Under the pieces are notes generated by a model. It worked only from the letters and a program-made list of their open reading frames with translations. It was not told the DNA's origin and searched no databases. Shown here piece after piece: positions 18,072 to 24,271 of a DNA stretch of 28,461 bases (its first letter is position 1; every line of letters starts with the position of its first letter). The stretch comes from Candidatus Faecivivens stercoripullorum (GTDB lineage Bacteria; Bacillota; Clostridia; Oscillospirales; Ruminococcaceae). The position numbers and the translations under genes are program-made. The stretch is taken from positions 1 through 28,461 of the forward strand of contig DVLW01000203.1 in the NCBI GenBank assembly GCA_018715285.1. Direction: 5' to 3'.

Positions 18072-19436
18072 TTATTGACCGTTACCGGACGGCTGTGCAG
18101 CGGATGCCGCATTCCAGAAATCATTTTCCGCAATAATCGGAATCCCAAGTTCCCGCGCCTTTTCGACCTTATTGCCGTACCCACGCACCCAGCGGTCACT
18201 GCCAAGGCTGCCGACAATCAGATACTTCACCGATTTAGTCACCGAACCACGCACTACACCGCCAAGGTCACGGATTTTGTCTTCTGCTTCTTCCCGGCTT
18301 CCGGTGCGGAAATCACCGGTTACCGCAAATACGGCAGTAAAGTCGATGGTTTCCAGGTGGCTGTAATATTCACTCGGCAAGCCACGTCCTGATTTTCTGC
18401 GGACAGGACGCTGGCTTTTTGCAGGAGAAAGGTCGTAGCGTGAAATAAAGGTATCCATGTCCCGCAGTTTCCCGAGTTCGACAAACAGTCCGTAACATCC
18501 TTTTGCATCACTCAGGGCGTTGTGATGGTCGAGCGGTATATTATAGTAAGCACACAGGGTGTTGAGCCGGTGATTTGGAAGGCTTGGCAGCAGTTTCTGT
18601 GCAGAACGGCAGGTACAGATATATTCCACCTCACCCAGCCGGAGGTTATAATTTGCCAGCGTCGATTTAAGGAAAAACAAATCAGCGGCTGATGCCGAAT
18701 GTGCTACCAGCACACTGCCCTCAAACCATTTTCGGATTTCCTTCCAGACTTCCGGGAAGGTTGGTGCCGTGGCTGCCATTTCATCGGTGATACCATGGAT
18801 AGCAAGGTTTTCCTTCTGCATCGGACGCTCAGGATTGACCAGTGAATAATATTCCGTCATTCTGCCGTCGCTGTCCTGATGCAGCAGCCCGATTGCGCAG
18901 ATCTGACCGGTCGAGTCGGCAGTCTCGCAGTCAAAGAATGTATAGGCGTGTTTTCTGCGCACCGTCATGGACGGTTTTATCATCCCGATACAGGTTTCCC
19001 AGTCGCGGTATTTTCCCTTCAGTTCCCAGAAAATCCCGGCCAGCTGTTCCGGCTCGGTAATATTTTCCGTTAAAGGTGCATAGGCAGCTTTTGCCAGTTC
19101 CCGGATACTGAGGGTGAACATGACCGGCGGATACAGTCCCCGGCGTTCAAGTGCAGCCGAGATAGCTGCCGCCTCATTTGCCGGACAGACGACAAGGCTG
19201 TGGGTAAAATACCGCCGTACCTCTCCCCAGACCTGTTCCAGCTGCGGAGCCTGTTCCAGCTGTTCACGATTAAGACCGGCCTGTTCCAGCTGACGGGCAG
19301 GCGGTGTCTGGGTTGGACTGATGAGAGAACCGTACCGGCGCACCTGGTCACCGTCCTGATGGAATAGTGACAGCGAGTATAGTTCCGACTTTGAACCGGT
19401 TCCGAAAAAACCGGCAGTAATTGCTGTTAGCTGCAT
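18072..19436 (-). CDS. DEDDh 3'-5' exonuclease with an N-terminal degenerate exonuclease copy and a C-terminal BRCT domain
   Basis: Active domain FFDCET...HSASAAD...HHNALSDA; BRCT FAVTGDF...GGVVRGSVTKSVKYLIVG...KARELGIPIIAENDF; N-terminal domain aligns with the second domain. Confidence 0.87.
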   Translation of the reverse strand: MQLTAITAGFFGTGSKSELYSLSLFHQDGDQVRRYGSLISPTQTPPARQLEQAGLNREQLEQAPQLEQVWGEVRRYFTHSLVVCPANEAAAISAALERRGLYPPVMFTLSIRELAKAAYAPLTENITEPEQLAGIFWELKGKYRDWETCIGMIKPSMTVRRKHAYTFFDCETADSTGQICAIGLLHQDSDGRMTEYYSLVNPERPMQKENLAIHGITDEMAATAPTFPEVWKEIRKWFEGSVLVAHSASAADLFFLKSTLANYNLRLGEVEYICTCRSAQKLLPSLPNHRLNTLCAYYNIPLDHHNALSDAKGCYGLFVELGKLRDMDTFISRYDLSPAKSQRPVRRKSGRGLPSEYYSHLETIDFTAVFAVTGDFRTGSREEAEDKIRDLGGVVRGSVTKSVKYLIVGSLGSDRWVRGYGNKVEKARELGIPIIAENDFWNAASAAQPSGNGQ

Positions 19437-19438
19437 GG

Positions 19439-19843
19439 TTACATCCTCCGTCCGGCGGCGATTTTATCAAGTATTTCCCGGTCAGCCGGGCAGAAGGTGA
19501 ACTGTTCCAGTTCATCAGGAGCGGCCCAGCACATTTCCATATGCTCCAGCCGTCTGGGGACACCTGAAAGGATGGACGCAGTATAGACCTGCATACTCAG
19601 GTGCATTTCAGGGTAATCATATTCGACCTGTGCGAACAGTTCCCGTGGGCAGATTTCGACCGCCAGTTCTTCGCGGCATTCCCGGACGAGAGCCTGCTCG
19701 GGAGTTTCGCCGGGTTCGATTTTACCGCCGGCAAATTCCCACATACCAGCAAGAGTCTTTCCCTCAGGGCGGCGACAGATCAGCAGTTTACCGTCCTGTT
19801 CGATCATAGCCGCGACAACCTGTACTTTTTTCTTTTCCATCAT
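19439..19843 (-). CDS. mutT: MutT/NudG-like Nudix hydrolase
   Basis: VVAAMIEQDGKLLICRRP...WEFAGGKIEPGETPEQALVRECREEL. The symbol is by family resemblance only. Confidence 0.85.
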   Translation of the reverse strand: MMEKKKVQVVAAMIEQDGKLLICRRPEGKTLAGMWEFAGGKIEPGETPEQALVRECREELAVEICPRELFAQVEYDYPEMHLSMQVYTASILSGVPRRLEHMEMCWAAPDELEQFTFCPADREILDKIAAGRRM

Positions 19844-19880
19844 CACAACATCCCTTCACCGTCAAAATTCCCATATCTGT

Positions 19881-19910
19881 ATTATATACCACTCCCACCA
19901 CATTTGACAA
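19881..19910 (-). promoter_or_regulatory. sigma-A promoter for the mutT operon
   Basis: TTGTCA-18 bp-TATAAT, immediately downstream of the repeat element. Confidence 0.55.
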
Positions 19911-19911
19911 G

Positions 19912-20202
19912 GTGGCGTGTCGCCACGGACTTGTTCGCGGCGGAATGCTTCCGCTGCCTTGATGCAAAGGTCCGTTCACGCCGCTGGAGCTCAGCACTCG
20001 ACGGCTTCGACCCCGGCGCAGTGCCTGCGCTCCTTGATGCCGAAGTGATACCACGCTCCAAAAGGTGGCAAACCAACGCTTCGATCACGCACCAACATAA
20101 AGAGATTGTACGCACACACTATCCATCTGTTCACGCGAGCGCAGAACGAGTACCAATTTTCCGCAGATTTATGCCCACATGCTGTCCTGTGGACAGTTCA
20201 CG
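19912..20202. repeat. Intergenic palindromic repeat cluster (same family as the tRNA-Ser element)
   Basis: Four 3-nt-loop hairpins, two CTTGATG-N12-CACGC motifs 75 nt apart, and homology to 12333-12371 and 22146-22173. Confidence 0.8.
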
Positions 20203-20249
20203 ACACACAAAACCAACATCAATACCGCTGCTAAACATCCCATACATAC

Positions 20250-20283
20250 AAAAAGCCGGAAGCCCCATAAAGGCTTCCAGCTT
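20250..20283 (-). terminator. Intrinsic terminator of the DUF362 gene
   Basis: AAGCCGGAAGCC...GGCTTCCAGCTT stem with a minus-strand T-run. Confidence 0.75.
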
Positions 20284-20309
20284 ACTTTGCATACAGACAA
20301 AACCTGCAA

Positions 20310-21422
20310 TTATTCGACAGTAATCATCTCATATTCACGGCTGCCCATTCCCAGTTTAACAGCATGCTCGAGACAGCTCTGCCAGTTGGTTTCCGGGTGA
20401 ACATCGGTGAAATGATCGTGATGGCAGTGTTCCCGCTCGGTATCCAGTACCGAACCCGCCATTACCGGTGCACGGTTGCACAGGTCTGCACAGCACTGGT
20501 CCAGCGCGACCGGGTCAAACGATGCCAGCATACCAATATCCGGGATAATCGGAATATCATTCTCGGCATGGCAGTCGCAGAAGGGCGATACGTCAACAAT
20601 CAGGCTGATATGGAAGTTGGGACGTCCGTCGATAACTGCCTTGGTATACTCGGCAATCTTGCAGTTGAGAATATCATTTGCCTCATCGTAATCAGGGCTG
20701 ACCGCATCCTTGGGACATGCGCCGATGCAGCGTCCGCAGCCGACACAGCGGTCATGATTGATAGATGCCTTGCGGTTTTCGATGGTGATTGCGTCATGTG
20801 CGCAGTTTTTGCGGCAGAATCCACAGCCGACGCAAAGCGACTGATCGACCGAAGGTTTACCGGCAGAATGCATTTCCATCTTACCGCCGCGGGAACCGCA
20901 TCCCATGCCCAGGTTTTTGAACGCGCCGCCAAAACCGGTCGCCTCATGACCCTTGAAGTGGCTGAGCGAAATGATGATATCTGCGTCCATGACTGCCTTG
21001 CCGATCTTGGCATTCTTGACGTAAACGCCGCCTTCGACCGGTACTTCCACGTCATCGGTTCCCTTCAGACCGTCGCCGATAATGATCTGGCAGCCGGTAG
21101 TAAAGGGGTTATATCCATTTTCATAGGCTGCGTCCAGATGATCGAGCGCATTTTTTCTGCGTCCGACGTAAAGGGTGTTGCAGTCAGTCAGGAAAGGACG
21201 GCCGCCCAGTTCGCGGACCATATCTGCGACAACTTTGGCGTAATTGGGACGGAGATAGGCAAGGTTTCCGGGTTCACCGAAATGAATCTTGATGGCAGTA
21301 AACTTACCGTCAAAATCGATATTGCCCATTCCGGCAGTCTTGAGCAGTTTGCGCAGCTTGTCCAGCTGGCTGACGCCATTTTTACAGCGAAAGCTGGTGA
21401 AATATACTTTTGACTTTTCCAT
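20310..21422 (-). CDS. DUF362-domain protein with a 2x[4Fe-4S] ferredoxin insert
   Basis: IKIHFGEPGN, SHFKGHEATGFGGAFKNLGMG, CVGCGFCRKNC and CVGCGRCIGACP, SPFCDC. Start ATG 21422 behind GGAGG. Confidence 0.9.
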   Translation of the reverse strand: MEKSKVYFTSFRCKNGVSQLDKLRKLLKTAGMGNIDFDGKFTAIKIHFGEPGNLAYLRPNYAKVVADMVRELGGRPFLTDCNTLYVGRRKNALDHLDAAYENGYNPFTTGCQIIIGDGLKGTDDVEVPVEGGVYVKNAKIGKAVMDADIIISLSHFKGHEATGFGGAFKNLGMGCGSRGGKMEMHSAGKPSVDQSLCVGCGFCRKNCAHDAITIENRKASINHDRCVGCGRCIGACPKDAVSPDYDEANDILNCKIAEYTKAVIDGRPNFHISLIVDVSPFCDCHAENDIPIIPDIGMLASFDPVALDQCCADLCNRAPVMAGSVLDTEREHCHHDHFTDVHPETNWQSCLEHAVKLGMGSREYEMITVE

Positions 21423-21517
21423 AAAAAAATCCTCCCGGTATTTTTTACTATTATACAACCTTGAGTGAACTCCATGTCAAGCTCCGGCAGAAAATTTGAG
21501 GAAAATTCGATATTCTA

Positions 21518-21546
21518 TTGACAGACAGCAAACCATATGTTACAAT
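21518..21546 (+). promoter_or_regulatory. sigma-A promoter of padR
   Basis: TTGACA-17 bp-TACAAT with extended -10 TG. Confidence 0.8.
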
Positions 21547-21551
21547 TACCT

Positions 21552-21593
21552 CATCAGATGTAGTACATCAGGTGTAGTACGACAGATAAAGTA
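21552..21593 (+). promoter_or_regulatory. Tandem 14-bp repeats, probable PadR autoregulatory operator
   Basis: CATCAGATGTAGTA / CATCAGGTGTAGTA / CGACAGATAAAGTA; the first two contain a CATC-A-GRTG dyad; located between the -10 and the RBS. Confidence 0.65.
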
Positions 21594-21608
21594 AAGGAGC
21601 GTGAGTAT

Positions 21609-22004
21609 TTGATCAGCAGTGATATCCTCCGCGGATATAATGACATCATCGTTCTCGGGCTGCTTATCGGGCAGGATTCCTATGGATATAATCTGATGCA
21701 GGAAATATCCGTCCGCAGCGGGCATACCTGGCAGATGAAGGAAACAACCCTGTATTCGGTCCTGTCCCGGCTGGAAAAGAACGGGCTGGTGACCTCCTAC
21801 TCGGGCACCGAAACGATGGGCCGCAAGCGAACCTATTTCCATATCACGCCGGAAGGAATGGACTATTACCAGCAAAAATGCGCCGAATGGATGGAAACAA
21901 AACAACTGATCGACCGGTTTACCCTGCCGACACTTCTTCCATCATCTGTCAGGAAAGATGCGGCAGAATACCAGCTGGACAAATTCCTGAGCAAAATTGA
22001 GTAA
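21609..22004 (+). CDS. PadR-family transcriptional regulator
   Basis: SYGYNLMQEI...ETTLYSVLSRLEKNGLVTSY...GRKRTYFHITPEG; TTG start behind AAGGAG. Confidence 0.92.
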   Translation: MISSDILRGYNDIIVLGLLIGQDSYGYNLMQEISVRSGHTWQMKETTLYSVLSRLEKNGLVTSYSGTETMGRKRTYFHITPEGMDYYQQKCAEWMETKQLIDRFTLPTLLPSSVRKDAAEYQLDKFLSKIE

Positions 22005-22033
22005 AACTTTTTTACTCGGACACAGCAGACCAG

Positions 22034-22173
22034 CGCGAACAAGTCAGCAGTTAAAGGCTTTAAGTTCCATTTTGCACAACGTAACAGCCGCGACCACTCA
22101 CGTTGTTTCTTTTACGACAGAGGCCGTCGGAACGCGGCCGACCAACGCGAACATGTCCGCGGCGACACGCCGC
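22034..22173 (+). repeat. Intergenic repeat-family copy between padR and its partner gene
   Basis: CGCGAACAAGTC at 22034-22045; 22146-22173 matches the reverse complement of 19912-19939 at 25/28. Confidence 0.75.
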
Positions 22174-22213
22174 CACGCCGCACAATAATCTTTATGAAGG
22201 GATGCAGACAAAT

Positions 22214-22906
22214 ATGAGTAAAGTGACCGAATATATCGATAACCTTTTTTACCTGATGCCGCGTACCGAAGCAGCGGCAGAAATGCGGCAGAAACTGATC
22301 GAAAGCAGTGAGGATAAATATGAAGCGCTGCTCAGCTGGGGACGCAGTGAGGACGAAGCGCTGGGAATTGTGGTAAGTGAGTTCGGCAGCATGGAGGAAA
22401 TCTGTGAGGAACTGGGCGTTAACCCGCTTGGGGCAACCAACAACCTTAATGCTGTTCAGGAAATGCACCTTGGTTTTGCGCAGCTTGGGAAACGGTTTGC
22501 GATGGGACTTTCAGCTGGAATCATGCTGTGTATTCTGGGGCTGCTGGGATGTATCTTTTTTTCCGAGGTGTTCTGGTCGGATATGATGGCGGTCACATCG
22601 CTGTTTTTGCTGGGCGGTGCCGGTGCGGTCGTGATTGTCTATTCCGCACTCGGATACGCACGCAATAAAAAGCTGCTCCAGATGGGCATTTCCCCTTTTC
22701 AGATGAAAAATACTGGCGGCAGACACTGGACCAAAAAGGCGGAGGAAGTGATCTGCTCGCTAATTATGCTCGGCGTGACAGCACTTTTCTTTTTGGCAGG
22801 TGTACTGGGCGGTGCATGGCATCCGGCATGGGTGCTGTTCCCGCTGGGTGGCATCCTGTGCGGTATCATCTCGGTGATACTGGAAGCCATCGGCAGATCA
22901 AACTGA
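22214..22906 (+). CDS. PadR-associated membrane protein with an N-terminal helical 'permease prefix'/HAAS-type domain
   Basis: YIDNLF...EMRQKLIESSEDKYEALLSWGRSEDEALGIVVSEFGSMEEI followed by 4 TM segments ending WHPAWVLFP. Start 22214 preferred over 22103. Confidence 0.8.
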   Translation: MSKVTEYIDNLFYLMPRTEAAAEMRQKLIESSEDKYEALLSWGRSEDEALGIVVSEFGSMEEICEELGVNPLGATNNLNAVQEMHLGFAQLGKRFAMGLSAGIMLCILGLLGCIFFSEVFWSDMMAVTSLFLLGGAGAVVIVYSALGYARNKKLLQMGISPFQMKNTGGRHWTKKAEEVICSLIMLGVTALFFLAGVLGGAWHPAWVLFPLGGILCGIISVILEAIGRSN

Positions 22907-22951
22907 TGAATATTCCAGTCGTTTATCCCAATAAACGATAACAGCAGATGA

Positions 22952-23007
22952 AAAACAGCTCGTACCCGGATGGGACATCATCGTCCCAATGGAGCACGAG
23001 CTGTTTT
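22952..23007. terminator. Bidirectional intrinsic terminator
   Basis: AAAACAGCTCGT...ACGAGCTGTTTT with an inner TGGGAC/GTCCCA stem, between convergent genes. Confidence 0.75.
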
Positions 23008-23044
23008 ATTTTATATATGAGCCAACCATCAGAAATGGTGCTTT

Positions 23045-23560
23045 TTATGATTTGTCCACCGGGATATTGGCCACTGTCCAGCCTTCAGGCGAACAAAGCC
23101 GCAGATAATCTTCAAACGCATTGTTATTATAAAAATAATAGGTCCACTCGTCATCCTCGGCTGCCATTGTCACCCGCACCCCGGACTCGGTCTGGTCGAT
23201 ACTGCCGGAAACCGAGCTGACCGCACTTTTACCGGTAAATGTGATGGTCTGTCCGGTCAGCGGATCATCCGACTTTTCCACCCGTTTGCCGGTCGAATCG
23301 CTCAGGAAGGTATAAAGCGCATAACGGTTGAGCGGCGCCAGTTCACAGCTGCCATCTTCGGAAATGACGGTAATGACGGCGGTATCACCGAAATTGTATT
23401 TCAGCGCTTTCAGATACTGCTGGTACTGATAGTACATCCTGCATCCCCAGATGACCATTCCCACGCCGCTGAGCAGCAATACGACCGCCAGCGCAACCAA
23501 CGCGCGGAAAACCAGCCGGGAACCGTTTTTCCACAATGAAAATCCTACTTTTCCTGCCAT
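23045..23560 (-). CDS. Hypothetical single-pass membrane protein (paralog 2)
   Basis: AAGGAG RBS, N-terminal TM helix, aligns throughout with the adjacent ORF. Confidence 0.82.
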   Translation of the reverse strand: MAGKVGFSLWKNGSRLVFRALVALAVVLLLSGVGMVIWGCRMYYQYQQYLKALKYNFGDTAVITVISEDGSCELAPLNRYALYTFLSDSTGKRVEKSDDPLTGQTITFTGKSAVSSVSGSIDQTESGVRVTMAAEDDEWTYYFYNNNAFEDYLRLCSPEGWTVANIPVDKS

Positions 23561-23565
23561 ATCCG

Positions 23566-24096
23566 TTATTCTCCTTCCTGCGATTCAGCCGGATAATATT
23601 CGAGATTAGGCTCTACCCAGCCATCCGGAGAAGTGACACGCTGATAGTATTCATAGACCGACCGGTTCTTGCAGTAAAATTCCCAGGTTTTTCCCTCATA
23701 TGTAAAGGTAATCCCGACATAGTCTCCGCTGATTTCGGTGACCGTCCCATCTGCTTCCCCTACCGCACTTTCGGCATGGAAGGATATCGACTGTCCAGTC
23801 GGCTCACCGGGACAAAATGGCAGCCGTCTGCCGCTTCCATCAGCCAGGAATCCATACATTGCCCGCCGGTTGATATCCGAAAGGACACAGCGGTTACCTG
23901 ACTGGTCGACCGTTTCGACTGTTGAAGTCTGGCCGCCCATGACATATTCCAGCCGGATCTGATACTGCTGGTAGCTGTAATGGTTGAGCAGCAGCCAGGT
24001 TGCTCCGCCCACCAGTATAACCAGTATCGTCAGCCCGAGTATAATAAAAATCCGTGCGCCCCAGCTGCGTTCCTTTTTGGGAATCTGAATATCCAT
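23566..24096 (-). CDS. Hypothetical single-pass membrane protein (paralog 1)
   Basis: AAGGAG lies 9 nt before ATG 24096 (and abuts ATG 24105, too close); N-terminal TM helix; 5-nt gap to the next gene. Confidence 0.82.
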   Translation of the reverse strand: MDIQIPKKERSWGARIFIILGLTILVILVGGATWLLLNHYSYQQYQIRLEYVMGGQTSTVETVDQSGNRCVLSDINRRAMYGFLADGSGRRLPFCPGEPTGQSISFHAESAVGEADGTVTEISGDYVGITFTYEGKTWEFYCKNRSVYEYYQRVTSPDGWVEPNLEYYPAESQEGE

Positions 24097-24215
24097 CTGT
24101 ATCATCTCCTTATATTTCTGAAATTATGGTATCATATTCCAGCCTGGCAGACAAGGCAGAATACAAAATCTAGGGCTTTTGCTGCAAAAATTAAGGTTTC
24201 CGGCGCTCAATAGAC

Positions 24216-24247
24216 AAAAACTGCCCGGCCCAAACGGACCGGACAGT
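24216..24247 (-). terminator. Intrinsic terminator of the ABC transporter gene
   Basis: Minus strand ACTGTCCGGTCC-GTTT-GGGCCGGGCAGT-TTTT. Confidence 0.75.
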
Positions 24248-24271
24248 CTGTAAAAAATCGTAAGATAACCG

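Noticed and set aside
19904-19909. TTGACA on the plus strand next to the repeat cluster
   Set aside because: No -10 hexamer at 16-18 bp; the overlapping minus-strand TTGTCA fits the mutT promoter.
20002-20016. GGCTTCGACCCC as a cryptic tRNA T-arm
   Set aside because: The stem is only 3 bp with an 8-nt loop, and no cloverleaf can be built around it.
19912-20202. CRISPR array interpretation of the repeats
   Set aside because: Repeats are short, degenerate and irregularly spaced, with no uniform spacers and no cas genes.
22148-22159. CGAACATGTCCG as a LexA box
   Set aside because: Half-site spacing is 2 nt rather than 4, and the sequence is part of the dispersed repeat module.
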